The notes under the pieces were generated by a model. The model ran no database searches and was not told where the DNA came from. It was given only the letters and a program-made list of their open reading frames with translations. A DNA stretch of 64,000 nucleotides from an uncultured virus (IMG/VR IMGVR_UViG_3300021140_000006). Taxonomy: Duplodnaviria > Heunggongvirae > Uroviricota > Caudoviricetes. The DNA lies in IMG/VR virus record IMGVR_UViG_3300021140_000006; one strand, 5' to 3'. A program made the position numbers and the translations under genes. The first letter of the stretch is position 1; each line of letters starts with the position of its first letter. Below are positions 31,729 to 41,846 of the stretch, piece by piece.

Positions 31729-32289
31729 ATGAAAGTGTATCTAGGGAAACCTAAAAATTGGTGGTTTGGTCCTTATCAACTAGCAGACCTTTTACAGCAC
31801 GTTGGTTGGACCGAAGACGAATGTTGGGAGCTAGGAGAAAAATTAGCAAATACTTGGGTAAATGATTTCCTCAATTGGGCATATGAAAATAATCCATTAA
31901 GAAAACCAACTGAAGTAATTCACATAGATGATTGGGATACCTGGAGTATGGATCATACTCTGGCCCCTATCATTCTCAAGATGCTAAAGAAATTCAAAGT
32001 GAACCTTCATGGTGCTCCTAATGTTGATGATTCAGACGTACCTGATAGTATCAAATCTATGAATGCTCCTAGAGTCAAAGAACCTTATGATACTGATGAG
32101 TTCTACTTTAAACGGTGGGATTATGTCATCGATGAGATGATATGGGCATTTGAACACATTGTAAATGATGATTGGGAGCATATGGTACTAATACAGTTCA
32201 ACGACTCAGAAGCATACGAGTTCATGCAAGAACGAGTAAACAATGGACTAAGACTTTTTGGAAAATATTTTAGAAATTTATGGAATTAG
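31729..32289 (+). CDS. Conserved phage hypothetical protein
   Basis: DTWSMDHTLA and GLRLFGKYF..LW motifs. Confidence 0.65.
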   Translation: MKVYLGKPKNWWFGPYQLADLLQHVGWTEDECWELGEKLANTWVNDFLNWAYENNPLRKPTEVIHIDDWDTWSMDHTLAPIILKMLKKFKVNLHGAPNVDDSDVPDSIKSMNAPRVKEPYDTDEFYFKRWDYVIDEMIWAFEHIVNDDWEHMVLIQFNDSEAYEFMQERVNNGLRLFGKYFRNLWN

Positions 32290-32297
32290 GAGACAAC

Positions 32298-32903
32298 ATG
32301 ATAACAGTAGACAAGTTCAAACAAATCTTCCCAGCTTGTAAAAACCCAAATGATACAACCAAAGCACTTAATATCATTCTTCCCAAATATCAGATTACCA
32401 CCAAAGAACGTCTAGCAGCATTTCTTGCTCAGACTGGTCATGAATCTGGTAGCTTCAATACCCTCAAAGAAAACCTCAATTATAGTGCAGAAGGACTCTG
32501 TAAAGTATGGCCAAAACGATTCCCTACTTTAACAGAAGCTAAAGCCTATCATCGTAATCCTGAAAAGATTGCTAATAAAGTGTATGCAGATAGAATGGGA
32601 AATGGTACTGAGGATTCTGGAGAAGGATTCTTGTATTGTGGTAGAGGAGCAATTCAGTTAACGGGTAAAGAAAACTACACAAAGTTTGCTTCTAGTATTG
32701 ATATGGCCATTGATGAAGCCGTAGCCTACTGTGAAACTATCAACGGTGCAATCGAGTCTGCTTGCTACTTCTGGAATACTCATAATTTGAATACAGTTGC
32801 TGATTCAGGTGATTTTGTAGCATTGACTAAGAAGATTAATGGTGGCACTACAGGACTTCCTGAACGCCAAGAAATCTGGCATAAAGCATTGAAAGTACTT
32901 TAA
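32298..32903 (+). CDS. GH19 chitinase-like endolysin
   Basis: FLAQTGHES, ENLNYS, GRGAIQLTGKENY, TKKINGG. Confidence 0.92.
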   Translation: MITVDKFKQIFPACKNPNDTTKALNIILPKYQITTKERLAAFLAQTGHESGSFNTLKENLNYSAEGLCKVWPKRFPTLTEAKAYHRNPEKIANKVYADRMGNGTEDSGEGFLYCGRGAIQLTGKENYTKFASSIDMAIDEAVAYCETINGAIESACYFWNTHNLNTVADSGDFVALTKKINGGTTGLPERQEIWHKALKVL

Positions 32904-32933
32904 TAATAAATATGTTTATTTCAAGGAATAACA

Positions 32934-33137
32934 ATGTTGTCATTTAAAGAATACTCATTAATGGAAGATGGATCTGCTGACGTTGCCAAGATTGGTGATG
33001 ATATGACTAAAGTAGATATTAATGTGCTTACTACTCATCTAGCGTTTCTTGCCAATGCTATTCCTGGTACAGTACAGTTCCAGATGAAGCAGGATATCGA
33101 GGCTGAGTTAGCTAATCGTAATGCTAAACTTGGGTAG
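32934..33137 (+). CDS. Small protein with capsid-targeting-like N-terminus
   Basis: MLSFKEY; AATAAATA upstream. Confidence 0.55.
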   Translation: MLSFKEYSLMEDGSADVAKIGDDMTKVDINVLTTHLAFLANAIPGTVQFQMKQDIEAELANRNAKLG

Positions 33138-33216
33138 AAAAAAGTATACTTTATTATGGTTCTGTGATATAATAGGACCATAATAACTTACTACAACACT
33201 TTACTAAGAATAATCA

Positions 33217-34107
33217 ATGAAAACATTTTACGAATATCTAACAGAATCGCCTCAAATTCCCAACTTCACATTGACTTTGGATTCTTTGACTCCAAAGAAT
33301 AAGGATAAATTTGACACTGCATTAATTACCCTTCGTGATGCTATGGATCAAGGAAGCATTCGTAAAGCAGAATTGGATAATCTGAAAACCATTTTCAATA
33401 ATTCTTGTGAAGCTACTTGGGAAAAGCATTACCGAGATCCTTTTCTCAACCAGTCTCGTGAAGCTAGAGATGCTTCTCCTTATGCCACAGAAGAGGAAGA
33501 TATCTATTACAAAGACAAAGGTTTTAGAAATATGGATGGCATTATCAAGAAATATTCTAAATTAGCAGACAAATCAGAATTGATTGGATATGCTATTAGA
33601 ATTGCTTCTGAATATGCACCATTGAAAGATATAATGGATCATTTGAAAACTAATGCTACTAAAGGTAGAGCTCCTTCTGTTGCTATCAAACCAGTTAATC
33701 CTAATCAAGTCAGAGGAACCTGTGGATGGTGTTTGCGTGATATTGCTATTGATAAGACTGGTCTCATGACTCATCATGGATTTACTCGTCCAGGAGTAGG
33801 ATACCAAACTCAGTCTTGTTCTGGAGTGAACTATAAGAATTTAGAAGTATCATTGGATGGATTGAAAGCTAGAATCAAAGTCACTGAACAAGAAAAGTCT
33901 AATTTAGAATCTCGTTTGAAAGACTTGCCAAAATCAATAACTCTTAATATACGGAAAACAGGGAGTCGTGATATTGTTGTTATAGGAAAAGAGGATCCCA
34001 ATTGGGAAAAAGCTCAACGTAATACTAAAGCTAATCTCGAGTCTGAGATTCACAGTATAACTAAAGAACTTGAACACTTGAATAATGAATTGTCTAAAAG
34101 AAAATGA
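33217..34107 (+). CDS. Hypothetical protein with capsid-targeting-like N-terminus and CxxC/H/C motif
   Basis: MKTFYEYLTE; GTCGWC...HHG...SCSG. Confidence 0.65.
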   Translation: MKTFYEYLTESPQIPNFTLTLDSLTPKNKDKFDTALITLRDAMDQGSIRKAELDNLKTIFNNSCEATWEKHYRDPFLNQSREARDASPYATEEEDIYYKDKGFRNMDGIIKKYSKLADKSELIGYAIRIASEYAPLKDIMDHLKTNATKGRAPSVAIKPVNPNQVRGTCGWCLRDIAIDKTGLMTHHGFTRPGVGYQTQSCSGVNYKNLEVSLDGLKARIKVTEQEKSNLESRLKDLPKSITLNIRKTGSRDIVVIGKEDPNWEKAQRNTKANLESEIHSITKELEHLNNELSKRK

Positions 34108-34310
34108 TAACCCTAGTCGAAAATTGGCTTAAAATGTTTGATAATGGTCGTGTTATGGAATATCCTATAATTAGCAATGAGTACCGGAAGCGTCCTGGAT
34201 TAGTGAAGATAGAAGAACATCATAAACTAGTATCCGAGATTGCTTATTATTTGTGGCTGAATGGGTCACATGACGAAAAACAAAACTGGCTTGATGCTGA
34301 ACAGCAAGCC

Positions 34311-34643
34311 CTAAACTCGTACTCTAACTGATTCACTTAACTCAGTATAAAACTCTGCTAACAACTGCAATTCTCTCAGAGTTGCATCTCTTTTAAGAAT
34401 GTTGGCTCTGTTAGATATCACTACCAAATTCCCTGGTACGTATCCAACAGAGCTATCAATTCGGTCCACAGAATAACTATTATCCCCTGCAGTTCCTCTA
34501 TTCCAATCAAGTCTAATGCCTAGTACTGGGCAAGTCATAGGAAACGATAAATCGTGCAAATCCGTCTTCGTAATGGAGAATTCTATGCCTCTGGATTTTG
34601 CTGAAGATTTCAGTTGAGAATATAATGTAGAAATTTCTTTCAT
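34311..34643 (-). CDS. Small HNH-type endonuclease
   Basis: CPVLG...SVDRIDSSVGYVPGNLVVISNRAN.LK. Confidence 0.8.
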   Translation of the reverse strand: MKEISTLYSQLKSSAKSRGIEFSITKTDLHDLSFPMTCPVLGIRLDWNRGTAGDNSYSVDRIDSSVGYVPGNLVVISNRANILKRDATLRELQLLAEFYTELSESVRVRV

Positions 34644-34748
34644 ATAATGTTGCCCTATCTCTGTTTATGCTGGATAATGGTCGTAAGGTTTGCTAAAGGG
34701 GACCAATAAGAACCTATAAAGCATTCTAAAATATATTTTCATATCCCT

Positions 34749-35092
34749 GTTGACATTTATATAGAACCAAGGATAATAGCCGTAAGTTAATCAATTGAAG
34801 AGGAATTATAGAAATGACTGGTGCAATTTTAACAATGCTGATGTACTTTACTGCTGATCAGATTTCACATGGGACTCCTGAAGTTACCGTGATGACATTC
34901 GATACTTATGCGGAATGTGAGTTTTATATTGAACAACATACTCCTGAAATCCAAAAAGAACTGGAAGATGGATTACTTGGCTATTCTATGAAATGTGAGG
35001 TGTTATAATTATAAAAGAAATTAGTGTTGACCCATTCCTAATAGTATAGGACAATAGCTGTAACTTAATAAAACTTGAAGAGGATTTATATC
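34749..35092 (+). promoter_or_regulatory. Early promoter cassettes at 34749-34813 and 35026-35092 around ORF 34814-35008
   Basis: Consensus match. Confidence 0.8.
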
Positions 35093-35869
35093 ATGAGCAC
35101 AAATTCTACTATTGCAGTTCAACACACCGATGGAACCATTCACCAAATCTATTGCCACTGGGATGGATATCTCGAGTACAATGGTAGTATGTTAAAACAA
35201 TTCTATAATACTCCCGAGTTAGCTAAGGAATTAGTTTCCCTTGGTAATCTATCTTCATTAAACAAAAGAATTGAGCCAAATGGATATTTACATACATTTG
35301 CATATCCTGAAGAAGGAACTTGTGTTTATTATGGAAGGGATCGTGGAGAAGCAAATAATGAAACTAACATCTACGAATCTTTCGATCATTACAGACTGAG
35401 ATATGATCGTCAAGAATATAACTACTTGTACGTTGAAGTTGATGAGAAATGGTATGTTGTATACAAAGATGGTAGCTTGAATGAATTTCTAACTGAACTT
35501 GATAAACCTAAAGAGGAACCACCCATCATGATACATGCAGCAGTGGCTTATGCCAAAACTAAAGAAGTAGAAACTGAACTTAACAAGATCAAACAAACGG
35601 AAATCACCAAAGCTCTTCAAGAAATTCAAGTATTGATTAATGATGCTATTAAGAATGGAAAATACTCAATTTCTTTTAACAAAGTTGATGGGTTATCTGA
35701 CCAGACCTTTAACAAGATTGCTGGAATTCTGGTAACCACATTGACGGAATATGGTTATGTAGCAAACTGTATTGCTAGTAGGTCACCAGATATGGCAGCA
35801 TATGCAAGTTCTGGAATACGTTTTGACACTAACAATGCTGTAATTACTATCAGTTGGGAGAATGCGTAA
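35093..35869 (+). CDS. Early hypothetical protein
   Basis: IYCHWDGY...YYGRDRGE motif. Confidence 0.7.
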   Translation: MSTNSTIAVQHTDGTIHQIYCHWDGYLEYNGSMLKQFYNTPELAKELVSLGNLSSLNKRIEPNGYLHTFAYPEEGTCVYYGRDRGEANNETNIYESFDHYRLRYDRQEYNYLYVEVDEKWYVVYKDGSLNEFLTELDKPKEEPPIMIHAAVAYAKTKEVETELNKIKQTEITKALQEIQVLINDAIKNGKYSISFNKVDGLSDQTFNKIAGILVTTLTEYGYVANCIASRSPDMAAYASSGIRFDTNNAVITISWENA

Positions 35870-35984
35870 TGATTGATATTGGACCAAACTTGTTTGAATT
35901 ACTATCAACAGTAGTACATACCATTGGTGTAGTATTTGTGGTTTTTCTAATAATGAATGCTTATAACAAAATTTGAAAATAAAT

Positions 35985-36061
35985 GTTGACCTTTTGGTAT
36001 AATCAAGGATAATAGCCGTAAGTTAACCAATTCGGTCAACCAATTGAAGAGGAATTATAAA
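35985..36061 (+). promoter_or_regulatory. Repeated early promoter cassette
   Basis: Consensus match. Confidence 0.85.
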
Positions 36062-36508
36062 ATGTTAAAAAGTAACCCGATTATACAAGAACATCAATTA
36101 CAAGAAGGCGTTTATCTGAGCGATTATTCGTTTCAGTTACATGCACTCGAGCGTTCTAAATCATATATAAGCAATTATTCGTCTCGGTTACATGCAATCG
36201 AGCATTCTAAATCATATATTAGAGATCCTGAATTTCTAACAAATGATTCTGCATGGTATTATGGCGTATGTGATGGAATTGAAAATTTACTTGAAGTCAT
36301 TCCTGAACTGTTATCACCTGACCGTGAATTCGTAGTGCTATTGCATAAAATCACTAAATCTAGTCAACCTAGATATGAAGGTTGGAGATGGCACAAATGG
36401 GGCGACTATATTGGTACACAAACTCCTACTACTGAATACATTTATGACGAACCAATAATCGATTTAGTTTACTGCTACCATATCTACGAGACAATCAGTG
36501 AAAACTAA
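36062..36508 (+). CDS. Hypothetical protein with a 17-aa internal duplication
   Basis: GWRWHKWGDYIG motif; 51-nt tandem duplication at 36119-36220. Confidence 0.65.
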   Translation: MLKSNPIIQEHQLQEGVYLSDYSFQLHALERSKSYISNYSSRLHAIEHSKSYIRDPEFLTNDSAWYYGVCDGIENLLEVIPELLSPDREFVVLLHKITKSSQPRYEGWRWHKWGDYIGTQTPTTEYIYDEPIIDLVYCYHIYETISEN

Positions 36509-36719
36509 AATCCTAATCATGATGTTGGTGTCATTACCCGTAAAGGCTAATTGCATCAACATCGTTAATCTTATGGAACAATGTTACACAAAGCAATACC
36601 TTGATAGTATTGCTAGTCAAAAGAAGTTCTTCAAGACTCATAAGAAATGCTCTCCCATGAAGTATGTTAAACTTACCGAGCAATGCCCTAAAGGCAAACC
36701 TAAGAAGGCAAAGAAATGA
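36498..36719 (+). CDS. Small secreted Cys-containing protein
   Basis: Signal-like N-terminus ending VKA; four Cys. Confidence 0.5.
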   Translation: MKTKILIMMLVSLPVKANCINIVNLMEQCYTKQYLDSIASQKKFFKTHKKCSPMKYVKLTEQCPKGKPKKAKK

Positions 36720-37225
36720 TTAAGACCATTCTGATAGTATCATCAATGATGGCTCCTAGTACTCAAATCTATACAAGTACAGGAACTGCCAAGTTCGTTA
36801 ATCATTCATACCAAATGGTTACAACTAAGCCGAAGATTACTCCTAAAGACATTGACCGTTATATCCATAATGCTTCATTGAAGTATCAGGTGGACGAAAA
36901 GCTGGTTCGTGCTGTAATCAAAACTGAAAGCACCTATCGAACCAAAGCTGTTAGTAAGAAAGGTGCGGTAGGATTGATGCAACTGATGCCTGCTACTGCA
37001 GAAAGGTTTGGTGTATCAGATCGTACCAACGTCAAAGAGAACATTTATGGTGGTGTACGGTTTCTTAGATTCTTATTGGATACCTTTGATGGTAATAAGA
37101 AGTTGGCATTAGCAGGATATAATGCAGGAGAGAATGCTGTAATTAGACACCACAGAAAGATTCCTAATTATCCCGAGACGATAAACTATATCACACTGGT
37201 ATTAACTGAATACAAGAAGGGTTGA
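36716..37225 (+). CDS. Lytic transglycosylase (SLT domain)
   Basis: AVIKTES, GAVGLMQLMP, ALAGYNAG, ETINY. Confidence 0.93.
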   Translation: MIKTILIVSSMMAPSTQIYTSTGTAKFVNHSYQMVTTKPKITPKDIDRYIHNASLKYQVDEKLVRAVIKTESTYRTKAVSKKGAVGLMQLMPATAERFGVSDRTNVKENIYGGVRFLRFLLDTFDGNKKLALAGYNAGENAVIRHHRKIPNYPETINYITLVLTEYKKG

Positions 37226-37232
37226 AATAAAT

Positions 37233-37306
37233 GTTGACCTTTTCCTATAATCAAGGATAATAGCCGTAAGTTAACCAATTCGGTCAACCAATTGAAGAGG
37301 AATTAA
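37233..37306 (+). promoter_or_regulatory. Repeated early promoter cassette
   Basis: Consensus match. Confidence 0.85.
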
Positions 37307-39179
37307 ATGATGCAAAAATATATTGTTACGGTTGAAACACCCTATGATACAAAACTTATTTTAGTAAGTAACATTGGGGTAGCAAATTCAAAAAGATTAG
37401 AAAAATTTACCGAAATAGTTCTGGAAGAATATCCAGATGGCAAGATTATACAAATTGTTCCTATATCGCGTGAAATAGAATTTTATTAAAATAATAAACC
37501 TTGATGAGGAACTTTGAAATGAAACACAATGCTCTATTCAAACTGGTTGAAGAAATAGAAAAACCAACCAAAGCATCTGAAATGATGGAATACTCTAATT
37601 CTTATTACAGACAGATGAATCCTAATGAATGGCATATTCCATTTGCTGATAAGGATATTCAATATGTAAAACTTTTCGAGTTTTTGGATTGTACTGATAG
37701 AGAAAAAGACATCATGTTTATTTCCAATTTCTTCCATCCTGCTTACGTTACTTTGCATGTAACGATTCTTGCTTTAGGTGAACGACCAAGTCCTGGTTCA
37801 CTTATCGATTTAAAAAGAACATTTGATACACTACAAAGATTAGATGCAATAGAAACATTGCTGAATGGTAAGATTACAGTTGAAGAATTTAATGAGATTA
37901 TTAGGTACGATAAAGAACACTTTGGAGTAAACTGATGGCATCCTCATATTTTATATGTTGTACGAATATAGAAACTAAATTATCAGAGCATTTTAAAGTG
38001 CCGCATTCAATATATGTTTATGTTAAACAGCTGGAATGTCAAATATACAAACTTAAAAAACAAAATAGTAATGGAGATAAAATGGAAATCACGCATGACG
38101 AATTTATAGAAAAATATGCTGATGTTAGAATGACAATAATGCACAACAGGAAATAACATGAGATCTATGAGACCAGAAGATTTATCATTCTTAGATTATA
38201 TGTCTGTAGTAATGATAACTATTGTTATAATTTACACCATTGGATATTTCTTAGCAAGTATCTTATTGACACTTGAAAAGAGGTTTCCAGGAACCATTCT
38301 TAGAGGACTCTTAATCATCATTGGTATAATATCATTGAATGGTGCTTGGGTAATCTTTGAACATTATAATGGATAACTTATGAATATTGCTAATTGGCTT
38401 GTGGTTATCCTGCTACTATTCTTTCTTACACTATTGGTAGCACCTCTAGTAGCTTTTAGAATATCGATTGTAGCAGCAATCATTTTACCACTTTATATGA
38501 TCTGGAATTTAGGAAAACCAAGATGAATAACAGAATTAGAATCTATTGTAATGGCGGTGACATTGTATTAGCAATAGATAAAATAACATCAATGACGATG
38601 GCCAAAGAAACTGCCGACGGTGGAATCGAATATTATAAACTTGTGATTAGAGTTGGATATACTGAGACCTTTACTTTTCGTAGTGATAAAAGATACAAAA
38701 ATAGCGATAACTACTTAACTGAACCAGTACTATGGTCTATCCATAATCAATTTGCTAATGGAGAATAAGATGACTGAAATTAGATTACACAGAAGTGAAC
38801 TTGAAAAGATTGTGAAATTACTTGACCGTTTTAGTGACGTGAATAACTTTTCCTTGCTATATCAAACTAACGGTATTGGCAATACCGTGGATATTCAATT
38901 CAATTATAAACTAGTTGACCTAGATGCAACAGTTACTTTGCCTGTTACTGGTGTGGAGTCTTGGTAGTGGATAGTTATCTTGACTATTGGTGGCCTTGGC
39001 TAATGGGTATTATATTTGGATTCTGTATTGGATGGGATCCAGAGTTTAAAAATATACACGTACACAAAGAAGATGTGAAACGAGTGTGGGCTAAAGATTT
39101 CTGTGGTAATGATGACTGTAAACGAATCGTTGGAAATACTTTAGAAACTTCTTATTATCAAAACCATAAACCGGAATGA
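37307..39179 (+). CDS. Cluster of small early hypothetical ORFs, some membrane
   Basis: Coupled ORFs in the ORF track. Confidence 0.5.
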
Positions 39180-39180
39180 T

Positions 39181-39708
39181 ATGGCAACTTGGATAACTTC
39201 AGACCAACACTTCAATCACAAGAATGTTCTAAAGTTCTTGAATGAAGATGGCACAAAAATGAGACCTTGGGATGATATCGATGAGATGAACCAAGAGCTT
39301 GTTAGACGATTCAACGAGAAAGTAAAATTTGGTGATGAATGCTTCATACTTGGTGATGTTGCACTAAACAGATCAGGATTGAAGATGCTGGATCAGATAC
39401 ATTGCTCGAACTTGATTCTCATCAAAGGCAACCACGATTTCTTTAGAGTAGATGAGTACATGAAATATTTTAAAGATATCCGTTCTTATCATACAGTGGA
39501 AAATGTATTGTTAAGTCATATACCAGTACATCCATCTCAATTAGAATACAGACACAAGATGAATGTACACGGGCATCTTCATAGTAAAATTATTGATGAT
39601 GCCCGGTACTTGAATGTTTCAGTCGAACAAACTGATTATTATCCTATAATGCTAGACGACATTTTACAGTTCAGCAGGAACATAGAAAATATCAGTAATA
39701 TTGCTTAA
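39181..39708 (+). CDS. Calcineurin-like phosphoesterase
   Basis: SDQHFNH, LGDV, GNHD, SHIP, HGHLH, NVSVE. Confidence 0.9.
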   Translation: MATWITSDQHFNHKNVLKFLNEDGTKMRPWDDIDEMNQELVRRFNEKVKFGDECFILGDVALNRSGLKMLDQIHCSNLILIKGNHDFFRVDEYMKYFKDIRSYHTVENVLLSHIPVHPSQLEYRHKMNVHGHLHSKIIDDARYLNVSVEQTDYYPIMLDDILQFSRNIENISNIA

Positions 39709-40450
39709 ATTCAGGATAATGTCTGGAAAGATTTCCCTTGTCATAAGTCTTTCTAGTTTCAATAATTGAAAAGAATTTTGATTTAGGAACTCTTAACTTG
39801 GCTTTATGTTCTGCTGTACGAGGAGGTTTAGGAACACCTTTCATTGCAGCAGATACTTTTGCACCAAATCCTTCTGGTTTAGGAACACCTTTCATTGCCG
39901 TAGATATTTTTGCTTTAGTTTCCTCTGATAGAGGAACGCCTTTTTGTCTGGCAGATAATTCTGGTTTAGGAACGCCTTTCTGTCTAGCAGATATTTTAGC
40001 ACAATGTTCTGCTGTACGGGGAGGTTTAGGAACACCTTTCATTGCAGCAGACATTTTGGCTTTAGTTTCTTCAGATCTTGATATTCCTTTCTTTGCTACA
40101 GACAGTTTGGCTTTGGATTCTTCGGAAAACTTCCTGCCAGAAGCACCACCATTCAAGCCATTTTCTGGTTCTAGATTTGCCCATTCTTTAGATTCAACAA
40201 TATTATTATCGAATGAAAAATGTAGTGCAATATCAACAATTGATGTGTCGTAGTACAAATCAGAAACCCACAAGGTAACAATATGTTCTTTTCCATGCTT
40301 CTTGATATGTTTGGACCAATATTCGCCAGAACCATTATATTTGTATGGGTCTCTAGTAGTCTTGCCAAAATATTTCTTTTTGGTAACGGAATGTTGTTTG
40401 ATATAAAGGTAGGTAGGTACTATTGATTGATATATACTTGTGCTGGTCAT
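39692..40450 (-). CDS. Free-standing GIY-YIG/Seg-like homing endonuclease with tandem NUMOD3-like repeats
   Basis: YLYIKQH..KYFGKT, YNGSG, WANL..ENG; repeated K(I/M)SAxxKGVPKP. Confidence 0.82.
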   Translation of the reverse strand: MTSTSIYQSIVPTYLYIKQHSVTKKKYFGKTTRDPYKYNGSGEYWSKHIKKHGKEHIVTLWVSDLYYDTSIVDIALHFSFDNNIVESKEWANLEPENGLNGGASGRKFSEESKAKLSVAKKGISRSEETKAKMSAAMKGVPKPPRTAEHCAKISARQKGVPKPELSARQKGVPLSEETKAKISTAMKGVPKPEGFGAKVSAAMKGVPKPPRTAEHKAKLRVPKSKFFSIIETRKTYDKGNLSRHYPEFKQYY

Positions 40451-40541
40451 GGTAGACTCCTGTTTATCTTGGAATGATTAGTGCTGGTGGGTGTTGGTAG
40501 CACCGCGACCAGCCTTTTTAGTTTATACAATATTATTTATA
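40451..40541 (-). ncRNA. Late promoter plus candidate leader RNA, copy 3
   Basis: TATAAATA (40541-40534); GCTGGT-CGC-GGTG/loop/CACC-C-ACCAGC-ACTAATCATTCC...AGGAG. Confidence 0.6.
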
Positions 40542-40568
40542 AAATACAAAAACTCGGTACAATGTTGT

Positions 40569-40838
40569 CTAATCAGCCGAACTTTCTTTAGTTGATGCTA
40601 ATTTTTCCTGGGTGCGGCCATGGGCAGAAATGCCTAAGATTGCACCCATGGCAAGATGATATAAACCTCCACCCTGCAAGGTTATTGCTTGCCACATATC
40701 TACGTGTTGACCTGGATTATAGAATTGTAGGAAATTGTATATGATTGGGCCAATACAGAAATCAAACATACAGATTATTACGTAACTCCATGCCAAAGCA
40801 GTTCTCCAACCACCTTGTAATATTTTACTTTTTCCCAT
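40569..40838 (-). CDS. Holin-like membrane protein
   Basis: WR.ALAW.Y..IC.FDF...GGGLYHLAMGAILGISA.GRTQEK; two TM segments. Confidence 0.7.
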   Translation of the reverse strand: MGKSKILQGGWRTALAWSYVIICMFDFCIGPIIYNFLQFYNPGQHVDMWQAITLQGGGLYHLAMGAILGISAHGRTQEKLASTKESSAD

Positions 40839-41162
40839 TTAACTTCTCCAGTTCAGTTACTCTCCAAGTCAATAAATTAATCTGACCATTATTTTGTGTA
40901 TGTCTTATCAGACTTTCATTCTGTTCATTAACAAAATCCAACCTTAACTTTTCTCTTGCTAATTCTGCTGCTTGGTTTGGTCTTGGTTTGGTCTTGGTGT
41001 ATTTTCTGGAGATACTACTATAGAAATCTTATTATCCAATTCAGTCAATTTAGTTTTGGCAGTATTCAAATCTGATACTAGGTACACAATACAGCTGAAC
41101 AGAATAGGAACTGCGGCAAATACAATCTTTTCGATGAATTCACCCTTTGTCGTTTCGCTCAT
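40825..41162 (-). pseudogene. Membrane protein gene frameshifted by an 11-bp tandem duplication
   Basis: Removing one CTTGGTTTGGT unit (40971-40998) gives a 108-aa ORF that overlaps the next start. Confidence 0.65.
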
Positions 41163-41427
41163 CTTCTTTTTCCTTATACATGAATGGTTCGACGCCTTTA
41201 AGATGAAGAACCACGTTTACTTTCTGGGTTAGCCTTAGCATATCATTATCCAACAATCTGACTCTGTCGATGAGTGCTATAAGAACAGTATTAACTTCTG
41301 ATATTACCGGCTTGACTTTAGTCGTGGTCCAAACCCACACATAATAAAGAATATACGCAATGCCTATAGTCTCGATAATAGGAAATCCATATTCATTGAT
41401 AACTTTTGCTACATCATTAAGACTCAT
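41140..41427 (-). CDS. Small membrane protein (holin-like)
   Basis: INEYGFPI TM segment, then DRVRLLDNDMLRL; paralogue of the next gene. Confidence 0.6.
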   Translation of the reverse strand: MSLNDVAKVINEYGFPIIETIGIAYILYYVWVWTTTKVKPVISEVNTVLIALIDRVRLLDNDMLRLTQKVNVVLHLKGVEPFMYKEKEDERNDKG

Positions 41428-41428
41428 A

Positions 41429-41719
41429 CTAGTCTCCTCTATGATCTGATTGTTCAGAACGTGCTATTCTACTTGTATCAGGCTTCAATCCAAGAGCACT
41501 GGATACAAGAACATCAATTCTTATTAGGTCGTTCGACATTATATCGATTCTATGATCTAGCCGAATAATGATACTCGATATATTCTTGAGTGAACTTAAC
41601 GTGCCATCCAAGATAAATTTCAGAGTTAAGAAAATGAAGTATCCTGCTGCAATAGCAGAAACAATGGGGAATCCAACTTTACCAATTAAATCAAGCCAAC
41701 TAGTGATCTCGCCTTCCAT
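41429..41719 (-). CDS. Small membrane protein (holin-like)
   Basis: IGKVGFPI TM segment, then DHRIDIMSNDLIRI. Confidence 0.6.
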   Translation of the reverse strand: MEGEITSWLDLIGKVGFPIVSAIAAGYFIFLTLKFILDGTLSSLKNISSIIIRLDHRIDIMSNDLIRIDVLVSSALGLKPDTSRIARSEQSDHRGD

Positions 41720-41762
41720 GCTACGTCTCCTAAATTCCTTTCATATTATTTATTAAATAATT

Positions 41763-41846
41763 GTTGACCTTTTGGTATAATCAAGGATAATAGCCGTAAG
41801 TTAACCAGTTTGGTTACAAATTTAAACTTGATATAGGAATTATAAA
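41763..41846 (+). promoter_or_regulatory. Repeated early promoter cassette
   Basis: Consensus match. Confidence 0.85.

Noticed and set aside
39798..40253. Plus-strand repeat ORF (and 60334-60723 on minus)
   Set aside because: Antisense shadows of the endonuclease repeats
40441..40513. Leader 5' arm pairing with the start-codon region (GCTGGTC/GACCAGC) as a conserved switch
   Set aside because: Works only for copy 3 and not for the other three leaders
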